Assembly (NCBI GenBank): GCA_015520605.1
Contig: WAPT01000012.1
Span: 1-33,838, forward strand
Reading direction: 5' to 3'
Length of the DNA stretch: 33,838 bases
Source: Nanobdellati archaeon
GTDB taxonomy: Archaea; EX4484-52; WAPT01
Shown piece after piece: positions 17,460 through 26,167 of the stretch. Each line of letters starts with the position of its first letter. Positions within the stretch are counted from its first letter, which is position 1. The position numbers were made by a program, and so were the translations under genes. The notes beneath the pieces are model-generated. The model ran no database searches and was not told where the DNA came from. It saw nothing but the letters and a program-made list of their open reading frames with translations.

Positions 17460-18728
17460 TTAATCAATTCCCACGATCGGCATATCCATCCTGCCAAAAA
17501 TCTCGGGTCTTGGTTTCCATGTGACTTTCTCGTACTCCTTAAGCACTCTCTCATAGATCTTTCTGGTCAGCTTCGCAGCGTTGTCCCATGAGTACTTCTC
17601 CTTTACGGTGGAGTAAGCGTTCTCCACCATCCTCATAATCTTCTCTCTGTTGTTCTCATCCAACACATATTTAACACCCCACGCAAGCGACTCAGAGTTC
17701 TCCACCCACACTTTTATACCCGTTTTCTCGTGCTCCACTATCTCGCTCAAGCCTCCTGTGTCAGCCACCACCACCGGCGTTCTTGCTGCCATGGCTTCAA
17801 GCGCAACTATGCCAAAAGGCTCATAACGGGAGGGAACAACGATGACATCGGCAATTTTCATCAGCTTTTTGAGCGTGTCGTCATCAACATAGCCCGTGAA
17901 GAGCACCTTGCCCTCCGGGACGTTTTGCTTTGCCAACGATTCGCAGTGCTGTCTGTGGTAACCATCTCCCGTAACAACGAACTTGGCTTCAGGGTGCTTC
18001 TCAAGTATCATGGGCACAGCCCCCATCAAAATGTCCAGCCCCTTCTCCCAGACATGTCTGCCAACAAAAAGCACTATCTTCTCATGAGGCAAGGCAAACC
18101 TATTCTTGAACTCTTGTTCGTTAAACTGAAGGGAGTCAAATTCAGCTGTTTCAACACCGTTCGGCACAACATCGATCTTATCCTCGGGTGTTGCGAAGGT
18201 GCTGACAACGCTGTACTTCATAAAGTTGGAGCAGCAGATCACCCTCCAAGCTTCAAAGACCAATTTCCCTTCAAGATCATGAATAAGTACCTGTCTGTCA
18301 CCCCTTATCCCACCATACCTTCCACTCTCAAGGGCATGGATGGTGGCTATGAGCGGTACACGGTAAATGTGTTTTAGTGCAACTGCAGTCGTGGTTGAAA
18401 GCCAGTCATGAGCGTGAATGATACTGACTCTATTCTCTCGGAAAATCCCTGCAGCCTCTATCTGCAGAAGCATGTTCATCTGAAGCACCCAAGAAAAGAA
18501 GTCTTCGGCGGGAATGTTATCCGCGTTGATCCGATACACCACAACACCGTCTTTTTCTTCCTTTCCGTAATTGCCTTCAAAACCACACGTGAGAACTATG
18601 GGTTCCATTCCTGCTTTTGCCTGAGCTCTTGTAAGGTGGTAAACATGCGTACCCAGCCCACCGACCTTGAACGGCGGGAACTCCCAGCTGATATGAAGCA
18701 CGGTTATTTTTCTATCATCTCTCTCCAT
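17460..18728 (-). CDS. Glycosyltransferase family 4 (GT-B)
   Basis: WEFPP..VGGLG, HAHDW, FVGR...EKG, PSRYEPFGIVALEAMA. Confidence 0.93.
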   Translation of the reverse strand: MERDDRKITVLHISWEFPPFKVGGLGTHVYHLTRAQAKAGMEPIVLTCGFEGNYGKEEKDGVVVYRINADNIPAEDFFSWVLQMNMLLQIEAAGIFRENRVSIIHAHDWLSTTTAVALKHIYRVPLIATIHALESGRYGGIRGDRQVLIHDLEGKLVFEAWRVICCSNFMKYSVVSTFATPEDKIDVVPNGVETAEFDSLQFNEQEFKNRFALPHEKIVLFVGRHVWEKGLDILMGAVPMILEKHPEAKFVVTGDGYHRQHCESLAKQNVPEGKVLFTGYVDDDTLKKLMKIADVIVVPSRYEPFGIVALEAMAARTPVVVADTGGLSEIVEHEKTGIKVWVENSESLAWGVKYVLDENNREKIMRMVENAYSTVKEKYSWDNAAKLTRKIYERVLKEYEKVTWKPRPEIFGRMDMPIVGID

Positions 18729-19426
18729 TGTCTCACCACCCAGGTATAGTTCCTTATTATCTTCTTATCAAATTCCTTATCCTCAGGGTTAAGCACATTT
18801 ACCTTTTCCGGAGGCGTGCTGTAGTGAATGTGGAGCAAGTTCTTAAGCCAGTCCTGATTCACAAAGATGCGCTTTGATTCATAACTCGCCATCCACTCTA
18901 TTTGCTTAACCGCTTCCGTATACCCGTTGCAGACGCCCGGAGTTCTTATGTGTTCAATTGAATAATAATTCACAAGGAGGGGCTTTCTGAGCGCTGCCTG
19001 CAGGTGTATTCCTGCCGGAAAGCTCAGCCATTCATGAGCGTGGATCAAATCTATGTTGCCTTCTTCGTGAAATATGTCTGCAATTACTCTGCTGACCTCC
19101 ATGGACAGCGTGAGAGTCCATGTTAAGGGGGAGTATGCCCTTACGGGATTGGTAACGTAGTGAACCGTAAAGCCTCCGAAATCCTCCCTCTGTCCTGCTT
19201 TCCACGGATCGTACGAAATTACGTGGGTGTTCACACCCCTCGTGGCGAGGTGCTGTGCGATCTCCTTTGTGGTGTAAGATACTTCGTTGCTCATGCGCGG
19301 AAAGAAATCTGGAGTGATGAGCACGACAGTCTTGGGCTTTTTAGAGTACTCTATGTCTCTCTCATCGATACCTAACCTCTTTATTATTTTTTCGGCTATC
19401 CTCTGGCTGAGAAGCTGATCGACCAT
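18704..19426 (-). CDS. Stand-alone GT4 N-terminal domain protein (no nucleotide-sugar-binding domain)
   Basis: DLIHAHEW and TPPEKVNV are collinear with HAHDW and TPEDKIDV of the neighbouring GT4. No GR..EKG or EPFG..E. Has its own RBS (GGGTG). Confidence 0.8.
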   Translation of the reverse strand: MVDQLLSQRIAEKIIKRLGIDERDIEYSKKPKTVVLITPDFFPRMSNEVSYTTKEIAQHLATRGVNTHVISYDPWKAGQREDFGGFTVHYVTNPVRAYSPLTWTLTLSMEVSRVIADIFHEEGNIDLIHAHEWLSFPAGIHLQAALRKPLLVNYYSIEHIRTPGVCNGYTEAVKQIEWMASYESKRIFVNQDWLKNLLHIHYSTPPEKVNVLNPEDKEFDKKIIRNYTWVVRQWREMIEK

Positions 19427-19499
19427 TTCTATCGCACCCTTTCAGATCTTTAAGCGAGTTTTCCTGTCCTGCCATTTTAGATACACTGATTGGATGGAT

Positions 19500-21347
19500 T
19501 TAATCTTTCATCGACCTTTCAACGGCCAGATTGTGCGCTTTTATATAGTTCCACCCGAGCACACCCCAGTCAAAATGCCTCGAAAGCTCAGCAGCATAAT
19601 GTTTACGTCTCCCCATCCTCTCGCGGGTCATCTTAAGCAAGCTGTAAATATGTGCTGCCAGCTCTTCCTCAACCTCATCATCACTCCTTCCCCTCCTCCT
19701 CAGTACGATCACACCACTTTCATTTTTCTGGTTATCTTTGACAAGCTTCATGACCGCCCTTCCGAATCCAGAAAGGTCGGTGGTGATTGCTACAGCCCAG
19801 AGGGCGGCGGTCTCAAGTGGAGTATACCCCCACGGTTCGTAGTAAGATGGAAAGACACCCACGCTGCACCCAAGCACGACGGACTTGTAGTCCATACCCA
19901 TAAGCCTGTCGGTTATGGATAGGTACGCAGGATAGAAAATGACCTTGATTTTGTCCTCCTTCCTGTTGAGAAGTCCCTCGCGCTTGAGAGCTGTGAGTAT
20001 CGCATCCTGACCCTCATCATAACTGAGCATGAAGGGGGTTAGTGGAGCTATACTGTCGCTTCTCGACTGGAAGCAGATGGAGAGCTTTCTCAGCTGTAGC
20101 AACTCCTCCTCGGTGAATAATTCTTTCATGCGTGAAGTCATATCCTGACATCTTCTGTTCGTTATGAGATCCATTATTCTATCATCGAACTTTCTCAGGA
20201 TCTCCTCAACATAGTCCTTTATACCCCTGTAAAGAGATATGTTCTCAAGCACGTCCTGTCTCTCTTCCCTCACACCGGATGGTACGAGTATGAATGCGAA
20301 GTAGTCCGTACGGCACCCCTCCGCTTTTAGCATTCTGTTGACCTTACCCAGAGCTTTTATGAAAATATCTACTCCCTTATTCCTGAACTCGTATCTGCCG
20401 GAGATGAATATGAACCGTGTGTCCTTCGTGTTTATCTCGTAATACGGGCTGAAGTATCCCCTTACAAAATCGATAAGTTTCCGCTTATTTATAATGTGAA
20501 GGAAATTTGCATCTTCTCTTGAGGGAAAATTCCTCATATCAAGCCCGTTCGGAAGCACGAGGTCGGGTTTCCTCCCGAGAATATATAGACATTCCTCGGC
20601 CATAACATCGGAGACGGTTGTGAAGACTGTTGCCAACTCAGCGCACTTCTTTTCAGTCTGGTGCTTTGCCTCCACCCAGAACCTGTAAGCGAGGCTTTCA
20701 TCAACCCTCCCGTTCTCCTTCAGGCCCTGCTCCACCATTTCGTGGAAGTTTGGCAGGTGGTGTGCCAGAGTCCTCCCGAGCATCGTTGCATGGGTTGTGA
20801 AGACAACGGGAGCATCTATTTTTTTCATCCTGAGGTAGAGTAGTGTACCGCCGCTGAGCCATTCGTGAAGGTGAAGGGCAATATAGCATCTTTCCTTATT
20901 CCTGATGTTGCTCAGGATCTTTTCTATCAGCATGCCGCATGCATAGCTCCACATGAGGGGTTCTTCGTAATCCCAGCCTGCTCTTATGGAGTCTATGCCG
21001 TACAGCTCCCAGAACATACCCTTCACAGAATTCTTTATGTCCAGCACGGGCCGGAAGTCCACAAGGATGGTATAAGGATTGCCCGTTATCCTCCACCTTC
21101 CGAATTTGCACGGAATGCCGGCGGAATTCATTTCATCTATGGCCCTCTGCAGGAACTCATGAGGACAGTGCATTTCATCGAACTCCATCCGCGCTTTCTC
21201 CTCGTAGTATGGGCCGATAGTAATGTAGTTTTCACCGTAAACATCCTGCATGAAAGGAGCTTTTGACGCTATAACGGTGTGAATGCCACCTATCTTGTTG
21301 CACACTTCATAGGAAACTTCAAAGACAAAATCTGCCTTTTTTTCCAT
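19500..21347 (-). CDS. Glycogen synthase, GT3 (animal/fungal-type) family
   Basis: FEVSYEVCNKIGGIHTVI, HEWLSG, FTTHATMLGR, FTTVS, GRYEFRNKG, FPSYYEPWGYTPLE are GT3 hallmark motifs. Confidence 0.93.
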   Translation of the reverse strand: MEKKADFVFEVSYEVCNKIGGIHTVIASKAPFMQDVYGENYITIGPYYEEKARMEFDEMHCPHEFLQRAIDEMNSAGIPCKFGRWRITGNPYTILVDFRPVLDIKNSVKGMFWELYGIDSIRAGWDYEEPLMWSYACGMLIEKILSNIRNKERCYIALHLHEWLSGGTLLYLRMKKIDAPVVFTTHATMLGRTLAHHLPNFHEMVEQGLKENGRVDESLAYRFWVEAKHQTEKKCAELATVFTTVSDVMAEECLYILGRKPDLVLPNGLDMRNFPSREDANFLHIINKRKLIDFVRGYFSPYYEINTKDTRFIFISGRYEFRNKGVDIFIKALGKVNRMLKAEGCRTDYFAFILVPSGVREERQDVLENISLYRGIKDYVEEILRKFDDRIMDLITNRRCQDMTSRMKELFTEEELLQLRKLSICFQSRSDSIAPLTPFMLSYDEGQDAILTALKREGLLNRKEDKIKVIFYPAYLSITDRLMGMDYKSVVLGCSVGVFPSYYEPWGYTPLETAALWAVAITTDLSGFGRAVMKLVKDNQKNESGVIVLRRRGRSDDEVEEELAAHIYSLLKMTRERMGRRKHYAAELSRHFDWGVLGWNYIKAHNLAVERSMKD

Positions 21348-21360
21348 TCAAACCACGATT

Positions 21361-21398
21361 TCATTATTTCTTAGTGACACTTTTCTGTCATTATTTCT
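21361..21398. promoter_or_regulatory. Inverted plus direct repeat in the divergent glycogen promoter region
   Basis: TAGTGACA-N6-TGTCATTA (21372-21393, one mismatch). TCATTATTTCT occurs at 21361 and at 21388. Confidence 0.4.
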
Positions 21399-21480
21399 AA
21401 GGAATTTGAAATTTAACCGAGCTTTATGTGACTATTTTGCGAACATTAACTATATAAGCTTTTCAGCCACCATTTAAAAC

Positions 21481-23562
21481 ATGATGCCACATTTCGTGAT
21501 AAAAGACGAGAGAATTAATGATGTTTTCTACTCACTCTCTGGCAGAAAACTGTTTCTTTACAGGGCGGCCAACAACGGTTTCGTGAACAAGTGGTGCGGG
21601 ATATGGAAACCTCCTTTCAAATTCTACGAATATTTCGCCTTCAGGATCAACGGCGAGTGGCTTTCTCCCCAGAACGTAACCTCACTCAAGTACGCTTATT
21701 ATTTTGCAGCACATAGGTATGAACTGAAATCAAGCGGGAATGCGGATCTGAACGTTACCGAGATTCTGTTCATCCCGAAAGATAAAAGCGCTCTTGTGAC
21801 TCTTCTGAGGCTCGAGAATCTCTCGGGAGAGGAAAAAGAAGTTGAGGTCATGTTGGAAGCGGCCGTAAACATCAGGAGGAAGCAGGAGGAATTCAACCTG
21901 CGGCAGTATGAAAGCACCGTGGAGCAAAAAAGGAAATGTGTACTCGTAAAGTCCGAGGATGATCTGTATGCTTGCTTCGGTACGGATTTTGCTGAAGAGG
22001 CTCTGGAAATAGACCATAATATTATTAACTTCTACAAGGAGCACTACCCTTCTGGAGAGTTCCAAAAATGCTTCATTCCCGTGAATTATTTCGTGAGGAT
22101 GATACTGGCTCCCGGCGAGGTGTACTATTTACCATTCGCGTTTTCAGCCGGGTTTACCAAGAAAGAAGCTATCGATTCTTTTGATGAGAGCATTGCGAAA
22201 TGGCGCGATCTACTTAAGGAAAAAGTGAAACACACTTTAAATTTGCTGGAGAAGAATGTTTTCCTTACTAACGACGAGAGTTTAAACACTCTTTTCAAGA
22301 TCTCGATTTTGAATATAGATTCTTTCATCTATGAGCAGAACGATGAGAATGTTTATTTGGTATCGGGGCTTCCTTGGTTTATCGAAGCTTGGGGCAGGGA
22401 CAATATGTTCTCAGTGCTATCTTTGTTGACTCTCGGAATGGAAAAGGAAGCTGAGCGAGTGCTTCAATTTTTCGCAAGACACACAAAAAACCGTGTGCCA
22501 TGTGTCGTTGTTCCCGAGAAACATAAGATTGATGTGAGTTACCACGGCGCTGATGTCAGCCCTCTGTTCTTGCTTGTTGCAGATGAGTACGAGAAAACTT
22601 GTGGAAAACCTCTTCCAGAAGTCTCACGGGTTGAGAAAAAGGTGATGGCAGGTCTTGAGCTTGAAGACGACCTTGTTTTTCATAAAGGCAACGAGACATG
22701 GATGGATACCCTGATTCGTGGTCCGACCGCTGTAGAAATACAAGGACTATGGATGATTGCACTTAAAAAGAGAGATAAAAAGCTGTACGAGAGGGTGCGC
22801 GCAAGGTTCGTTAGACCGTTCTGGAATAATGATTTTATGTATCCCTTCGATTCCTTTGGAAGGGTTGTGGACGCATCCGTAACCCCAAACTGCCTTATTC
22901 CCGCGCTTTTTGGTGTGTATGAAAGACACGAACTTAAGGCAATCATTCGTAAAATGAAGGAAGTTCTGGAAAGCGATTTTGGAATAAGAACTCTTTCCAA
23001 GGTTGATGTTAAGTACCAGCCGGACAGCTACCACAGGGGTAGTGTGTGGGGGTTCACAACACTGCTCGGTGCAGCCGCATGTTTCAGAAGTGGAGATTAT
23101 CATCACGGAATCATCCTTATGAGAAAACTGTTGCACGATGTTAACCGTGACCACATAGGCTTTGTGGGCGAGACATGGAATGCGGAAAGTAGCCAGTTAA
23201 TTGGAGCCTCAGCACAGTTATGGAGTACTTCACTAATTCCGTTTATAATAGACCGATACCTTATAGGATTAGATGTTGATAACAACCACATCACGTTCCG
23301 CATAACTTTTCCTCCGGGAGTGAGGTTCATTAGAAGAAAAAATGCAAGAATAGCAGGTGTGGGTGTCGATCTGGTCGCGGTTAAGCTCAAAAACACATAC
23401 TGGGTTGAGCTTTCGTTCTCATCTTTACCTCCTCTAAAATGCAGGCTAGTGGTGCCTGAAAATGTGAAAATAATCAGCGTGAATGATAAGGTCTATGAAG
23501 GTAATGTTGCACTCTTCAAACCCCGAAAAAAGAACGTTATCAAATGTTTTCTCAAATGCTAA
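21481..23562 (+). CDS. Amylo-alpha-1,6-glucosidase (glycogen debranching enzyme, GDE_C/GH133-like)
   Basis: GLPWF..WGRD, TWMDT, AVEIQGLW, GIRTLS, YHRGSVW, QLWS. TATATAAG at 21451-21458. Confidence 0.88.
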   Translation: MMPHFVIKDERINDVFYSLSGRKLFLYRAANNGFVNKWCGIWKPPFKFYEYFAFRINGEWLSPQNVTSLKYAYYFAAHRYELKSSGNADLNVTEILFIPKDKSALVTLLRLENLSGEEKEVEVMLEAAVNIRRKQEEFNLRQYESTVEQKRKCVLVKSEDDLYACFGTDFAEEALEIDHNIINFYKEHYPSGEFQKCFIPVNYFVRMILAPGEVYYLPFAFSAGFTKKEAIDSFDESIAKWRDLLKEKVKHTLNLLEKNVFLTNDESLNTLFKISILNIDSFIYEQNDENVYLVSGLPWFIEAWGRDNMFSVLSLLTLGMEKEAERVLQFFARHTKNRVPCVVVPEKHKIDVSYHGADVSPLFLLVADEYEKTCGKPLPEVSRVEKKVMAGLELEDDLVFHKGNETWMDTLIRGPTAVEIQGLWMIALKKRDKKLYERVRARFVRPFWNNDFMYPFDSFGRVVDASVTPNCLIPALFGVYERHELKAIIRKMKEVLESDFGIRTLSKVDVKYQPDSYHRGSVWGFTTLLGAAACFRSGDYHHGIILMRKLLHDVNRDHIGFVGETWNAESSQLIGASAQLWSTSLIPFIIDRYLIGLDVDNNHITFRITFPPGVRFIRRKNARIAGVGVDLVAVKLKNTYWVELSFSSLPPLKCRLVVPENVKIISVNDKVYEGNVALFKPRKKNVIKCFLKC

Positions 23563-23574
23563 GGAGGTGGTGAT

Positions 23575-24672
23575 ATGAGGGTAACACTATCTGTGATAAA
23601 AGCGGATGTGGGTGGACTGGTCGGGCACTCACGCGTGCACTACACCCTTATGGAAAAAGCAAGGAAGATACTGGAAGGGAAAAAGAAAGAGGGACTAATA
23701 CTCGATTACAGAGTTATGGCATGCGGTGACGATCTGCAGCTGATCATGACACATACGAGGTTCATTGAAGACGAGGAAATACACAGAACCGCGTGGGAGA
23801 CTTTTCTCGCCGCCACAGAGGTTGCAAAACAGAAAAAGTTATACGGAGCGGGACAGGATCTCCTCAAGGACACGTTCAGCGGAAATATAAAGGGTATGGG
23901 ACCTGGATTCGCGGAGATGTGCTTTGAGGAAAGACCGTCAGAACCCGTGATCGTGTTCATGGCCGATAAGACCGAGCCGGGGGCATGGAACCTTCCGCTG
24001 TTCAGGATGTTCGCGGATCCGTTCAACACAGCAGGGCTTGTGATAGACCCGAAAATGCACGATGGCTTTGTTTTTGAGGTTCACGATGTCATAGAACACA
24101 GGAAAATAAAGTTGAGAACTCCTGAAGAAACATACGACCTGCTTGCACTGATAGGCCAGCCCGGAAGATACGTCATTAAGTCAGTATTCAGAAAGAGCGA
24201 CGGAGAGATCGCAGCCGTCACATCAACTCAGAGATTGAATATAATGGCGGGAAGGTACGTGGGCAAAGACGATCCAGTTATGATAGTCAGGTGTCAGAGC
24301 GGTTTCCCCGCTGTTGGTGAGGTGCTTGAGCCCTTTGCATTTCCGCACCTTGTTGCCGGATGGATGAGGGGAAGTCACCACGGCCCGCTGATGCCCGTCG
24401 GCTTTACAAACGCACACCCAACAAGGTTTGATGGACCACCGAGAGTTATATCTGCGGGATTCCAGCTTTGCAACGGATTGCTTGACGGTCCGATAGACAT
24501 GTTCGATGACCCAGCATTCGACAGAGCGAGAGAAATGGCAAATAGGATAGCTGACTACATAAGAAGGCACGGGCCCTTTGAGCCGCACAGGTTGAGCGCT
24601 GACGAGATGGAGTACACCACACTGCCCCATGTGCTCGAGAAGTTCAAGGACAGGTTCGAGAAACTGGAGTGA
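23575..24672 (+). CDS. fbp: Fructose-1,6-bisphosphate aldolase/phosphatase (class V)
   Basis: IKADVGG..GH, GDD, LYGAGQDLL, DKTEPGAWN, GRYVGKDDP (Tyr and Schiff-base Lys retained), GWMRGSH, MEYTT. RBS GGAGGTG. Confidence 0.98.
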   Translation: MRVTLSVIKADVGGLVGHSRVHYTLMEKARKILEGKKKEGLILDYRVMACGDDLQLIMTHTRFIEDEEIHRTAWETFLAATEVAKQKKLYGAGQDLLKDTFSGNIKGMGPGFAEMCFEERPSEPVIVFMADKTEPGAWNLPLFRMFADPFNTAGLVIDPKMHDGFVFEVHDVIEHRKIKLRTPEETYDLLALIGQPGRYVIKSVFRKSDGEIAAVTSTQRLNIMAGRYVGKDDPVMIVRCQSGFPAVGEVLEPFAFPHLVAGWMRGSHHGPLMPVGFTNAHPTRFDGPPRVISAGFQLCNGLLDGPIDMFDDPAFDRAREMANRIADYIRRHGPFEPHRLSADEMEYTTLPHVLEKFKDRFEKLE

Positions 24673-24713
24673 AAGATATAACCTCGCCTTGGCGCATCTG
24701 TCGTGATACTCCC

Positions 24714-24745
24714 ATTTTTTATTTTTTATTTTCTCACTTTTTCTT
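24714..24745 (+). terminator. Oligo-T tracts after fbp, putative terminator
   Basis: ATTTTTTATTTTTATTTTCTCACTTTTTCTT downstream of the fbp stop. Confidence 0.45.
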
Positions 24746-24790
24746 AAGACCATAATCTTTTGAAATAGAGCAGGTTGGAGGTGTGGTCGA

Positions 24791-26158
24791 ATGAAGACTT
24801 TACCCTCAATTTTCAAAGCATACGATATCAGGGGAGTTTATCCCAATGAGCTGAATGAGGAGATTGCATATAAGGTGGGAAACATCTTTGCTCAGTTTTT
24901 GAACGCGAAGGAACTCGGGGTTATAGGGGATTATCGTGTCAGCACGCCGGCTCTCAAAAAAAAGCTTGTAGAAGGTATGGTGGATGCAGGGAGCGACGTC
25001 ATAGATTTGGGGCACGGGCCAACCCCGCTCATGTATTTCAGCGTGGTTAAGCTCAACATCGATGGCGGTGTTGCCGTTACGGCAAGCCACAATCCTCCTG
25101 AATACAATGGATTCAAGCTGACCAGAGAGAAGGCAATACCAGTATATGCCGAGAATGGAATTTACGAGATCGGGAGGATGGTGGTTGATGACAGAGTAAA
25201 AAGAGCAGAAAAGAAAGGCAACATTCAGCAAAAGAACATGGTGGAGGAGTACGTGAAAGATGTGGTTTCAAGGATAAGCCTCGGGAGAACGCTGAATGTT
25301 ATAGTGGATACGGGCAACGGAGCTTGTGCGGACATTCCGGAAAAGATACTGAAGGCTCTCGGATGTAAGGTTAAGACAATTTTTAAAGAGCCGAACGGAG
25401 AGTTTCCGAACCATATAGCGGATCCGCTCAAAGTTGAGACGCTGAAATGGCTGCAGGAGGAAGTTGTGAGGGAAAATGCGGATCTGGGTATAGCGTTTGA
25501 CGGGGACGGAGACAGAGTGGGACTCGTGGATGAAAGAGGTAATGTGGTCTCGCAAGATCACATACTGATGATGCTGGTGAAGCAGGCTCTCGAGCGCAGG
25601 AAGGGTTATGTTGTGTTTGAGGTGAGAACATCCAGAGCTGTGATCAATTTTGCTGAAGAGCTTGGCGGTAAGCCGATCATAACGAGAGTGGGCCACGCGT
25701 ACATAGTTGATGAGATAATGAAACGCGATGCCGTATTTGGCGGGGAACTTTCTGGACATATCTATCTGCCTTACTGCTATTATCCGTTTGACGATGGAAT
25801 TTTTGCGGCGATGAAGCTGGTGGAGTTCGTGAGCAATATTGATGAGCCACTTTCGAAGTTTGTGGAAAAGCTGCCAGTGCCAATAACCACTCCGGAAATA
25901 CACATTAAAGTAAAGGAGGAGAACAAGTGGAAGATCATGGACGCCTTCAGAGAGGAGCTTGAGAAAAGAGCTTACAATATCAACACCCTTGATGGAGTGA
26001 GGGTGGATTTCGAAGACGGTTGGGGTATAGTAAGGCCATCAAACACCGAGCCCATGATAAAGTGCAGGTTTGAAGCCGAAAGCGAGGAGGCTCTGGAAAG
26101 AATAAAAGACAACATTATGAGCATTCTTGAAGATGTTATTAAAAAGTTTGAAGGATGA
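24791..26158 (+). CDS. Phosphomannomutase/phosphoglucomutase
   Basis: FKAYDIRG, TASHNP (phospho-Ser), FDGDGDR, GELSGH, RPSNTEP. RBS GGAGGTG. Confidence 0.96.
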   Translation: MKTLPSIFKAYDIRGVYPNELNEEIAYKVGNIFAQFLNAKELGVIGDYRVSTPALKKKLVEGMVDAGSDVIDLGHGPTPLMYFSVVKLNIDGGVAVTASHNPPEYNGFKLTREKAIPVYAENGIYEIGRMVVDDRVKRAEKKGNIQQKNMVEEYVKDVVSRISLGRTLNVIVDTGNGACADIPEKILKALGCKVKTIFKEPNGEFPNHIADPLKVETLKWLQEEVVRENADLGIAFDGDGDRVGLVDERGNVVSQDHILMMLVKQALERRKGYVVFEVRTSRAVINFAEELGGKPIITRVGHAYIVDEIMKRDAVFGGELSGHIYLPYCYYPFDDGIFAAMKLVEFVSNIDEPLSKFVEKLPVPITTPEIHIKVKEENKWKIMDAFREELEKRAYNINTLDGVRVDFEDGWGIVRPSNTEPMIKCRFEAESEEALERIKDNIMSILEDVIKKFEG

Positions 26159-26167
26159 TATATCCTT

